From Camelus dromedarius (lineage: Eukaryota), in the NCBI RefSeq assembly GCF_036321535.1, contig NC_087437.1:98148001-98212000 (forward strand): DNA of 64,000 nt, written 5' to 3'. The notes below the pieces were generated by a model. That model was not told the DNA's origin. It made no database searches and saw only the letters and a program-made list of their open reading frames with translations. Position 1 is the stretch's first letter. Every line of letters begins with the position of its first letter. Shown piece after piece: positions 51,913 to 64,000 of the stretch. Both the position numbers and the translations under genes were made by a program.

Positions 51913-52498
51913 GGCTGTTAACTTACAATGCTGCTACAAGTCACTCACATTTTGCAGCGGACCTGCTGCTTTTGACAGCAACAGAAACACTTGGCAACTT
52001 AACATTCAGAGCATGAGCTTTTGTAATACCTGAACTATCCCTCTGGCTTCCTAAAGGCAATCACTCCCTCAGTACACTTGTCTTGAGGGCACACTCCCTT
52101 TCCTTGTAGGCTGGACGGCAGCATCCAATATTCACATATCCAGCTCTGAAAACTAGAAAGAGGTGCCTATCCTTTTTTCTTTGCTCTTCTAAGAATCTTT
52201 CTAGGTAAAGGAAACAGTTGACAGGTTCAGAGAATGCACAGTTAGCCCCACTGTCATATCTTGGTGGACTTTAATCTGTGACGCATTGTCAAGCCCCAGC
52301 ATTTAAAGGAAAATAGGCTTTCAAATATGACTTCAGTTCAGTCATTTTTCATTTTTCAGATATTTAATTCTTTTTTATTTAAGGCAAGCATGAAGAGGGT
52401 TCATCATAAGCTTACAACATTACCCACATAGTGAAGTCCCCAAGCCCTTGAAGAAGTCAGGCTAACAAGGAGACACGGAATTAGGGTGACAGGTGGAA

Positions 52499-52859
52499 TG
52501 TCAATTTACTGCTATACCAAAGTGCCACAGACTGAGTGGCTTACACAACAGGAATTTATTTCCTCATGATTCTGGAACCTAGAAGTCCAGCCTCCAGAGG
52601 TGTCAGCAGGGTTGGTATCTTGTGAAGCCCTTGTAGACGGTCACCTTCTCCGGTGTCTTCACATGGTCTTTCTCTGCACATGTCTGTGTCCTTATCTCTT
52701 CTCATATTGGGTTAGGGTTCATTTAACCAATGACCTCATTTAACCTTGATTATTTTCTTCAAGACCCTGTCTTCAAATACAGTCATATTCTGTGGTACTG
52801 GGGGCTAGGACTTCAACAGATGAGTTCAGGGGGAGGGGGACACAATTCAGCCCATAACA
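52499..52859 (-). mobile_element. MaLR solo LTR (MLT1A/B-like)
   Basis: ccacagactgagtggctta...aatgacctcatttaaccttgatta...gggacacaattcagcccataaca. Confidence 0.9.
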
Positions 52860-52898
52860 AGTGGCATTCAGTTACTGATGTCAGGAGTATAGTCTCAC

Positions 52899-52984
52899 CT
52901 ATTCATAGCGACCAATGGTCCCTCCAGACAGAGCATCATAAACTTCCTGACTTTTGTCAGAGAGCTCCAAAAGAGGTTTACCTC
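52899..52984 (-). pseudogene. Exon remnant: (G)GKPLLELSDKSQEVYDALSGGTIGRYE*
   Basis: ttattctctctggctgtacatag| ... TAG|gtgaga; 86 nt, phase 1 to 0. Confidence 0.65.
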
Positions 52985-53339
52985 CTATGTACAGCCAGAG
53001 AGAATAATAGGTATATTTGAAAAAATTAGGTGATAGGAAGTGATAGAGCCATGATGAAGCAAAGTGTACTGATACAAAGCCCGGTGACCTCTGTATTGCA
53101 CTTTAATGTTAGTACTGGTTTATCACAGAAAGCTTCTCAAGAAGCCATATGAGTTCTCTTTATATTATATTATATTCTGTTTATAGGGCCTTCCATTAAA
53201 TTAGAAAAAAATTAGCATTTTTCCACTTGTTTATCTCTCTTGTGCTCTCTCCATGCTTCCTGAAGTATCCACACAGTGGAGATGATTCAGTTTTATTTGA
53301 TTTCATGTATTTCACTGAACATAAAAGCTAATTAAAATA

Positions 53340-53530
53340 ATCCTTGACATTTATTGCATCAGTATGGGAGACACTGTAACTGAGTAGTTTCCATGCGTTA
53401 TCTCGTTAAACTCACAATAACCCTGTGAGCTAAATACTATGGTTATCCCAATGTCAGAAAAGGGAAAAGGTTGAGAGACTATCTTGCCAAAAGTCACACA
53501 ACCACTATGTAACAAAAATGAGTCTATCAA
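53340..53530 (-). mobile_element. MIR fragment
   Basis: ctcacaataaccctgtgag...tatccccaatgtcag...cttgccaaaagtcacaca. Confidence 0.7.
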
Positions 53531-53545
53531 GGTATATGTAACTGC

Positions 53546-53640
53546 CTCTCTGATGGTGGCTGGCTGCAGAATATAAAAGGCAAAACTTCTATCACAGAAT
53601 GAAGAAAAGTGGCATCATCATTCATGAATTCCCATATTTA
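53546..53640 (-). pseudogene. Exon remnant: *IWEFMNDDATFLHSVIEV..., frameshifted near its 3' end
   Basis: tattctttcag| acceptor; donor degenerate (GAG|gcagtt); phase-0 entry. Confidence 0.5.
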
Positions 53641-54323
53641 CTGAAAGAATATTTTCACTTCTTTTTTTTCCATCAACCTGTCCTTACAAAGTATGGGTGC
53701 TTCTGCATATGAAACAGTTCATGGGCTTTTAGAGGTAGGAAACCCCTTTCTATTTCATATCAAATTATAAGATTCTCTGCAAATAAAGCATGACGTTCAT
53801 ATATCTAAAATGAAATTAATAATAGAATAAAATCTTCAGACAAGTGGCAAACTACTCTAGCACTCAGGTCAAAATCATTAACACGATGGCTACGACTACT
53901 TACTTCTGAGACGACATTAAAAAAAAGGAATGGGCATTTTCAAGAGGAAAAACAAGAACAGCAAGGAGTGCCTTGGAAAGGACAGAGACACACACCTAAA
54001 GCAAGGCTGGACCAATTCTTCTCTGGGAATGAAAATTAACCCATAACTCACACTAGTACTCTTCTTGCTAGGAAAAACAAAAAATTCAATATTTGAATGA
54101 CACTACAAATTCCTGTTGACCTATTCCAAGTAAACTATTACCACTTCCTAGTAATATTTTAATTTTTCTAGCAGACCGTTGAGAGCAGCTATTCTCTTTC
54201 CTTGTCAAGCCTGGCATTGAAACAAGCTCATCTATAAATTCAGTGCCATGACCAGGGCTACAGCTTCACTGAGAGCCTGAAAGCCGGCCGGAAGTGCCTT
54301 AGCATCTCAAACTGTGGAATGGC

Positions 54324-54342
54324 CCAGCGCCCTCTGCTGGTT
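54324..54342 (-). promoter_or_regulatory. Predicted CTCF site (AACCAGCAGAGGGCGCTGG), ETS motif CCGGAAGTG nearby at 54288-54296
   Basis: Near-consensus CTCF core CCAGCAGAGGGCGC; local CpG retention. Confidence 0.6.
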
Positions 54343-54359
54343 AAACCCTGGGGCCACAG

Positions 54360-56290
<1,931 letters not shown>

Positions 56291-56409
56291 GACTCCTAAG
56301 TAACTATCTATTTTCATCCTATGTTATTTAGAAAAGGGGAACGATAGAAGAAAATCAGATAGGATGAGTCAAATATACTACTTATTGCTGCCATATATAT
56401 CTTTCTGAG

Positions 56410-56872
56410 CAATAACAATATAATCCCCTTCTTGAAAATCTCTGGTGCTTCCCCACTTCCTAGAAATCAAAGCCTGAACTACCATGTCTAACTCAAGTCT
56501 TTTCATACTCTCACCTGAGCCTATTTTCTTCCCTGTGCCTTATGCAGCATTAAAGTGAAAATGCACATTGTTTCTCATAAACATCGCATGCTTTTCCATC
56601 TCTGACATTTTGCCCGTGGGTCCGATCTTCTGGAATGTCTTTTCCTCCATTATACTTCATAACATAAGTCCTTCCTTCCTTCCAGGTCCAATTCAAACTT
56701 TACTTCCCCCATTAATCTGACATCCCACCTCCTGAAACCAGCAGTCTCTACCCTCAGAATTCTTAGTACCCTTTGTATATTTCCTGCTCTAAAATCCAAG
56801 AATCTGCCTTTTCCTTGTTAATATCTTCCTAGTCCTCATGGGTATAATAATCAATAAAGGAATGAATGAATA
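56410..56872 (+). mobile_element. LINE-2 3' end (part of local duplication, copy 1)
   Basis: ttgaaaatctctggtgcttccccacttcctagaaatcaaagcctgaac...tctggaatgtctttt...aataaaggaatgaatgaat. Confidence 0.7.
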
Positions 56873-57199
56873 AAGATCCCATAGTTCTTCTAAATAGTTC
56901 CTTTTCTGAGGACGTTCTGTCAAACCTTTAAAACAGATTAACATGTACTACAATTCTCTTTTCAAACTTAAGCTGCTCACCACCATCTAGTCTATTGGTC
57001 ATCCATTATACAGAGGTAGAAAACATGTACATTTATGGGTATTTCTTACAGTTGAGAGTTCTATTCCTCATTACTTTCAAATACGTGAAACAATGGATGC
57101 CATCAGTCCTTTCATTACAGGGAATGCAAGGGGACAGCCTGTCCAATGGCTGGCAGCCATGACATCACGATTCATCACAGTACATGACCTTTTCACAGT

Positions 57200-57515
57200 T
57201 TATGTATGTACTAATCATCTTGGTTGTAAAAACAAACAACTCTAAAATCTAAACAGTTTGCAATGATACACATGCATTTCTCACTTACAGGTCTGAGAGT
57301 TACTACAACTCTGCTCAGCTCTGCTCCATGTATCTTATTCTGGGATCCAGGTTGAGGAAGAGCTATTTCTGCTATTGTGCAAATAAAGCCACATGGTCAA
57401 GCTTAACTATGACATGGGAGGTATTTTCTGCCTAGTAGAAGGCACTGGCAGTCACCTGGCTAAGGGGGTGGGGAGGGAGCACATAGCTGGGAACAATAAT
57501 AGAATCCACCTTATG
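57200..57515 (-). mobile_element. Old MaLR LTR fragment
   Basis: catttctcacttacaggtctgagag...ctgctccatgtatcttattctgggatccaggttgagg...gggaacaataatagaatccacc. Confidence 0.65.
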
Positions 57516-57999
57516 TGGTTAACTAAGCTGAAAGAGTAGCCCCCCTCGTCAGAGCCAGGCTATGCTCTCTCCTGCCACTCTTCTCAAGCCAACTACAGCC
57601 TGAGGCAGTAGGAAAAGCAGTCATCACTCCTTTGATATATTTGCATAAGCACTAAGTTCAACTCCAAAATGCAGGCTAAATATATATGGAAAGAGATAAT
57701 AAGGCAGTTTCTGGAAAGAGAACTTGGGGTTGTGGCTTGCCTGCCATTCATCAGATGCCCAGAATCAGTTACACAAGCAAGCACTGGAGTTTGAATGACC
57801 TTCCCCCCATAAAAAAAAAAAAAATATTCTGGTTGAGTCAGAAGTAAAGCCTGAATATTCTTTCATTTATTTGTTCAGAGTGAAAAAATACATTCAATTT
57901 AAATGTAACAGAATTCCTCCAAACAGCCAATAATGATCACTGATAAGCCACTGATTGATGTGTTAAACTTATTATTTTCATCAAGTCTTCAAATCTTAC

Positions 58000-58110
58000 T
58001 ATAACTGGTCACAGAGATAACCCAACAGTGACCTTCTTTAAACAGGCTATTGGAAACAATCCCAGTTTTAGCTGGTTCCTCTTTTGTGAACAAAAGAGAA
58101 CTAAGGAGTC
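58000..58110 (-). pseudogene. Exon remnant: DSLVLFCSQKRNQLKLGLFPIACLKKVTVGLSL*PVI
   Basis: ttctttcacaatttag| ... ATA|gtaaga; 111 nt, phase 0 to 0; single TGA. Confidence 0.65.
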
Positions 58111-58213
58111 CTAAATTGTGAAAGAACTGTTTTAAATCCAGCCTTGGATGCAGCTGAATAGCTGTGTAAGCATGGACTCTAGAGGTGAAATGACATAAAA
58201 AGAATTCTACTAC

Positions 58214-58304
58214 CTTATGTAAATATCCTCAATGAGGCCTCCTTCCAATGTGCTTTATAGAGCGATTCAGAACCTTGAAGGACTGGCCGAACAGGCTAAA
58301 TACT
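58214..58304 (-). pseudogene. Exon remnant: VFSLFGQSFKVLNRSIKHIGRRPH*GYLHK
   Basis: ttttctccacag| ... AAG|gtagta; 91 nt, phase 2 to 0. Confidence 0.6.
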
Positions 58305-58511
58305 CTGTGGAGAAAACCATTTGAAAATACAAGCAAATGTCTGCTTTCTGCCTTTTGTACCAAGTCATCAGTAAGGAAAGAACTTTATTGAATTTATTGG
58401 CTAGTCTCCAGGAATCACCATTCAAAGCAGGGGATATAGGCCCAATGCTTTAGAAATAAGGCAGGGTAGCAACTCTCTCTTTGTCAGCAAGTAAGGAGAA
58501 CCACTTCCTTC

Positions 58512-59080
58512 AGTGGTAGCCAGTCTCCAGAATGGCTCCCAATGATTCCCACCTCCTGCTACTCATACTCCGGTAATGTCTCCCCCCACTTTGTACCAGA
58601 GTTGGTGTGTATGACCAATAGGATACAGCAGAAGTGATAGCATGTCATCTGCAAGATGAGGTTATAAAACCCTGTGGCTTCTGCCTTGGGCCCTCTCTCT
58701 TTTGGAACACTCAGTCTAGGGAAAGTCAGCTTCTATATTGTGAGCTGCCCAATGAAAAGGCCAACATGATAGGGAACTGAGACAGCCAACAGCCAGAGAG
58801 GAAATGATGCTCTCAGTGCAACAGGCTGTGAGGAACTGAGGCCTGCCAACAACATGTGAACGAGATCAGAAGCAGACTTTACCCTAGTCAAGCCTTCAGA
58901 TGAGACCACAGCCCTGGCCAATAGCTTGCCTGCAGCTGCATGAGAGACCTTAAGCCAGAACCACCCAGCTAAGCCACTCTCACATTCTGACTCCCAAAAT
59001 CTGTGAAATAATAAATGTTTGTCATTTTTAAGGTGCTAAGTTTTGGAGTCATTGTTATATATCAGTAGATATTTAATACA
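58512..59080 (+). mobile_element. MaLR solo LTR (MLT1F-like)
   Basis: gtggtagccagtctccagaatggctcccaatgattcccacctcctg...gccttcagatgagaccacagccctggcc...ccagaaccacccagctaagcc...taataca. Confidence 0.9.
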
Positions 59081-59504
59081 CCCTCACTGTTGAAGGATGT
59101 CTATTGGATCTTATTCTTTGAAGGACAAAGGGAAAAAGTGAACCTTGTATTTTGTTTCTTACTTATTTCTAATTTTTCTTTATCATTAAATTACTAGCAA
59201 TATTTTATAATATATACCTTCTAATTTCTAAAAGCATTAGAAATCTTAAATTATATAGATATATATAAATATCTGGGTCAATATCTATCAATATAAAATT
59301 TCCCTTTGTACAGTGGGAGGTTAAAATTCTATTTCTAGTGAAATATAATTCACTTTGCTGCAATGAGAAATATAATATGAAATGATAAGAGTAGGTTCAC
59401 ATCACTTCTGTTAGACTAACACAACAGATACCAAACTTTTCCAATTTTTTAATAATTGTAACAGAGAAATCCAGTGTAATATATCAGCACCATATGTTAC
59501 TTAC

Positions 59505-59603
59505 CAGCATGATTTCACACTAATCACACTGATAACTTTTTAAAGCAAACAGTTCTCATTAAATATATTTCATTGCAAGAGATTCATAGAAAAGACAACA
59601 AAA
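59505..59603 (-). pseudogene. Exon remnant: FVVFSMNLLQ*NIFNENCLL*KVISVISVKSC
   Basis: tttcttttccattttactttccaacag| ... CTG|gtaagt; 99 nt, phase 2 to 2. Confidence 0.65.
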
Positions 59604-60503
59604 CTGTTGGAAAGTAAAATGGAAAAGAAATAGCAAAATACATTTTTAGTTGTTTTTAAGACATCCTAAAATTTCATTTATAGCAAAATCCAACCTAGAT
59701 GTTACCAAAATTTGAGACTTAAGCTTTATGTGTACAGTACAAGCTAGTCTGAATATATTTTTCCTCTAGCTATTCTGTACTAATTAGCCAGTTACCAGAT
59801 TTTATCAAATTGGTTAGTCATAAAATAAAAGTCAACATATACACTCTAATACACCAGGTTTGTGCACCTGACACACTTGAGCATAGGTTTTATCATTATA
59901 AACTGGAGGAAGCTGAATCTTTTAAAATTAAAACTTAATTGTCCATGGTTCTACTGTTTATATGTAGCAGAAAATTTACACCCGAATTGTCTTGCTCTAG
60001 AAGCCCTAGTTTTACCACTGTACTGCTTCTCCATTCATCATTATCATTCTTTCATTTAAACTCCTACAGCATTAGATACAGTCTTTGACAGATAATACAG
60101 AACCAATGCTGCTGCTGATAGCTTCACATAGTAAGTCCTTAATATATTCTTAATACTTCATATGGTTTAGAAGTATTTCTTCAGTTAATCCTCACAATGA
60201 TAATGATAAAATCTATAAAGCATGATAATAATGACCATTTTACAGGAGGAGAAAATGAGGCACAGCCATATTTTACTGTTTAATGTAGAAAGAAAAGAAA
60301 AAAATCCTGTAATTGAGCCCCAACTTGGTCATAAAATCCTATCCTATCTATGAATAACTAAAACAACATAATTTCCTTATTTATAAAGTAAGGTGGTTAA
60401 ATAATAAATTTTAAAAATTTTATTAGTCCATACAAATATGTCTTATCTAATTGTAAGTATCTTTAAATCTAGAGCTATATTTAATGATCTGTTTTCTCAT
60501 TAC

Positions 60504-60556
60504 CTACAAAAGTAGAAGCAGCTCAACAAATACTACAGAATGCCTATGAGCTCTAA
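60504..60556 (-). pseudogene. Decayed-gene exon remnant: LELIGIL*YLLSCFYFC(S)
   Basis: tttttacttccctttcag| ... TAG|gtaatg; 53 nt, phase 0 to 2. Confidence 0.55.
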
Positions 60557-61739
60557 CTGAAAGGGAAGTAAAAATGCCAGCCTCCCTATTAGAAGCTTGC
60601 ATCAATCAAAGCACTCTTTTCTGATGTTCTTGAACACATGGATGTTTCCTATGATATCTTGACTCTTATGAACAATATTTCTTTCAACATAGTACTACAT
60701 CTTCTTACTGATTTATTGCTATATATAATACTAAAGTCAAAGAAATTTATGTGATTTTCTATTAAAAGTCTGCATGGTATTTAAATGGGATTTTGGCTCG
60801 TAGGTACTTAATATTTTCATGATTATTTATCTACTTTTGTGTCAAAATCTGCTTTTTTTAAGCTGCCAAAGACAAATTCTGGCTTCCAGAATAACCTATG
60901 ACTTGACAATTTATTAAATGATTAAGTGCTTTCCTAAACACCAAATATGCAATGTCATAAAATAAACTCCCAGTGTCACTCTGCATATAATCTCATCATA
61001 ACAGTTAAGGTTAATTAGGAAGAAGCCCATCCTTCTAAATTCAAATAAGTTTAACATAATAAAGAATGGACCAATTACTAGGTATCAGACTAGAACATGA
61101 ATCTATATAATAGATTTGAATATTTGGCAATGATGTTAAAAAGTCAAGGTCACCAAATATGACAAAAAACAATTATGTTTCACATGTAAATTATATATAA
61201 CTGAAGAGGTAAAAAATCATTTTTGTATGATCGTTCAGATACTTATTGATCTAAATGTTTCAAAGCCAAGTTGAAAGCATATTTCTCTGTCTGTCCGCTC
61301 TTAAGATATGTACTTCTGAGTAATATCCAGGATTAGAGATGGAAGATTAAAATGTATATCTTTATAGAAGGTCCTCAACAAATGACTAATCTTAAAAATA
61401 TGATGACAAATACTTAACAATTTTAGTAACAAAAATAATAGCTTTAAATATCTGTTAAAAGGTTAATGAGAGATTATTATTTAATATTTTAATGATATAA
61501 AAGCTTAATATTTCCTGTTTAAAAAATGCTTCTAAATATCTGTAAAGTAAACAATATTTTAGTGTATACTACATGTCAAATTTTTGGCTAAGCATTTTAA
61601 TGCATTATTTCATTTTATGTGTGCAGTAACCATATAAAGTGCTATTATAATTATCCCTGTCTAACACATTTGACACCTTTGAGGACCTGATTTTGACTAG
61701 TTCTCCAAAATTGTTTATATGCCTTAGCCATGCCTATAA

Positions 61740-62095
61740 GACCTTTTCCTTCATCAAACCTCATAATGTAAATCCTTTCTTCCTTCAAGGTCCAAGTGAT
61801 ATTTTTATCATTTCCTTCATGAATCTTACTTCCCATCACCTCCTGAAATCAGAAGTCTGTATACTTGCCTCAGAATTGCCACCACCTTTTGTACATTTCC
61901 TGCTCTAAAATCCAGAAATATTCCTCTTCTTGTTAATAGTTTCCTAGTCTTCATGGGAATAATGATTGATGGATGAATGAATGAGTGAAGATCCCATGGT
62001 TCTTCTAAATAGGCACTTTACTGAGAACTTTCTAATGTCAAATCCTTACAATAGATTAACATATACCACACTACTCTTTTCTAATTTAAACTAGA
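61740..62095 (+). repeat. Diverged direct duplicate of 56635-56975
   Basis: Shared blocks atttcctgctctaaaatcca, ttcctagtc.tcatggg, aagatcccat.gttcttctaaatag, agattaacat. Confidence 0.85.
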
Positions 62096-62169
62096 TATTC
62101 ATTAGAATTAAGAAAAAACACACATGCACACATACTAGAAATTTCCCAATAAAGCTTAAAAGCAACCCT

Positions 62170-64000
62170 CAAAATAATCAGTCACATACTCTAGAAAAGT
62201 AACTGTCTAACTTAACAAAATTCAACATTCTATTAACAAAAACTATAAAATCCAGACTGTAAGCTCAATAATGTCCATAATTCAATAAAAAATACTACTA
62301 GATATGTAAGAAGATGAAAACAAAAATCAGTAAATAAGCACAGATCCCAAAATGAAAAAAAAAAATGGAATTTCCAGAGACTGTAAAGCAGTGTTTCAAA
62401 ATGTATTGAAGGATTTAAAGCAAAACATATACGTAAAATAAGGAAACAAATAGAGAATCTCAACAAAGAAGTGAAAATTATTCTATAGGAAAGTTTGGCA
62501 GATTAGACACTGGTAGAGAAAATATCAGTAAACTTAAAATCAAGGCATTAGAAACTATCTAAACAGAAGCAGTGGAATTGTTAGAGTTAACAGACACGGT
62601 TAAAAAAGAAACCTATGCTTAATATCTTAGAAGATCTAGTGTAAAAGGTGGAAAACATTAACAAATAAATGGAAATTTCAGCAGAAAAATGGAAAATATA
62701 AGAAAGAGTTGAAAGAAATGTTAGAAATAAAAATCAGTGGTAGTAATCATGAAGAATCACTTTGAGAGACTCATCTGTAGATTTGACATAGTCAAGAAAA
62801 GAATCAGTGAGTCTAAAGATAAGTTAATAGAAATTACCCAAACTAAAACAAAAAGATTTTAAAAAAAAGAGTGGAAAAAGAAAAATAAAACAGATAGAGC
62901 TTCAAAAAGTAGTGGGAAAATATCAAATAATCAAACAGAAGCATAACTGGAATCCCAGACGGGGAACACAAAGAATAGGGAGCAGGGTTAAAAAAAAACC
63001 CAAACTTAGGCACATCAGGTTCAAACGGCTGAACATTAAAAACAAAAAGAAACATAGAAGACAGACCAAGGCAGGACAAAGAGACAACTTACATACAAAG
63101 AAACAAAAGTAAAAAATTAGAGTAGAATTTTGACAGAAACTATGCAAACCAGACTACAGAGTGACAGAAAGAAAACAACTGTGAAGCCAGAAAAATAAGT
63201 TCATTGAAAATAACTTTCTAAAATAAGGATAAATCTTTTTTTAGATGAAGCAAAACTGAGAGAATTCATTAGTAACAGGCCAGAAGTATAAGAAATGTTA
63301 AAGGAAGTTCTTCAGCAAGAAGGAGTATGACATAAGACAAAAACTAAGATCCACAGGAAAAAAAAAAAGATTGTTTGATATTGTTAAAATAAAGGTAAAT
63401 ATAAAAGATTCTTAATCATACAGAAAAGGATAACTGATTGTCTAAAGCAGGAGTTGTCAAACTTTTTCTTTAAAGGATCAAATAGAAAGTATTTTTGGCT
63501 TTCTGGGCCAAAAGGTCTCTTGTTTCAATCACTGAATTATGCCCTTGCAGCATGAAAGCAGCCATAAACTATGTATAAATGAATGAATATGACCGGTCTG
63601 GGCCCAAGGGTTGTATTTTTCCAAGACCTAAAAATATATATGGCAACAATAGCCAAAAATTAAGAGGGATGAATTGTAAGTACACTGTTGTAAGTTTCTG
63701 ACATTATACATGCAGTGGTGTAGTATTACTTAAAGATAAACTGTGATTAATCAAAGATGTATATTTTAAACCCTAGGGTAACACTAAAAATAATTTAGTA
63801 AGAGGTATAAATAAAAAGCTAATAGTGGAGTTAAAATGGAATCAAAATAAATAATTCAAAAGCAGGCAGAAAAAGAAAAGTGGAAGGAAAAACAAGTGGA
63901 TACATAGAAAACAACTAGCAAGTTGGGCAGATCTTAATCAAACCACATACATATAGTTACACTCAGGGTAAAGGATCTAAGCATATCAATTAAAATATGG
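62170..64000 (+). mobile_element. Old L1 (5' region, ORF1, inter-ORF, ORF2 start) with nested MER58-like element at ~63445-63630
   Basis: gaaaagaatcagtgagtctaaagataag...gtagaattttgacagaaactatgcaaaccaga...gaaatgttaaaggaagttcttcag; gcaggagttgtcaaactttttcttaaagg. Confidence 0.8.

Noticed and set aside
60610..61400. Further upstream minus-strand exon candidates (also 57049-57190, 43800-43880, 40366-40500, 26831-26901)
   Set aside because: One splice site missing or frame ambiguous; may be real but cannot be supported without an ortholog.

Overview
AT-rich, CpG-depleted mammalian genomic DNA, most likely a camelid (a vic-1-type tRNA-derived SINE with target-site duplication sits at ~45.9 kb). Much of the window is interspersed repeat (L1, L2, MIR, CR1/L3, MaLR/ERV LTRs, MER5/MER58 DNA transposons), and most ORFs in the supplied track are antisense or chance ORFs. 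Three gene-derived items are visible. (1) Two phase-compatible + strand exons (554-713, 7876-7966) that look like the 3' end of an intact gene I cannot name. (2) A 3'-truncated GAPDH processed pseudogene (~54.6-55.4 kb) nested in an old L1. (3) The main result: about 20 minus-strand exon remnants across ~26.3-60.6 kb, mostly phase-compatible, carrying scattered stops, frameshifts and an L1 micro-insertion. I interpret this as a large decayed multi-exon gene. Its reconstructed peptide resembles by eye a DUF4347 + DH(RhoGEF)-like + PH-like protein related to ECT2L, but too divergent to be ECT2L. That homology rests on remembered sequence and needs an HMM search. Repeat subfamily names and boundaries are by eye and approximate. 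No prokaryotic systems, CRISPR arrays or rRNA were seen.
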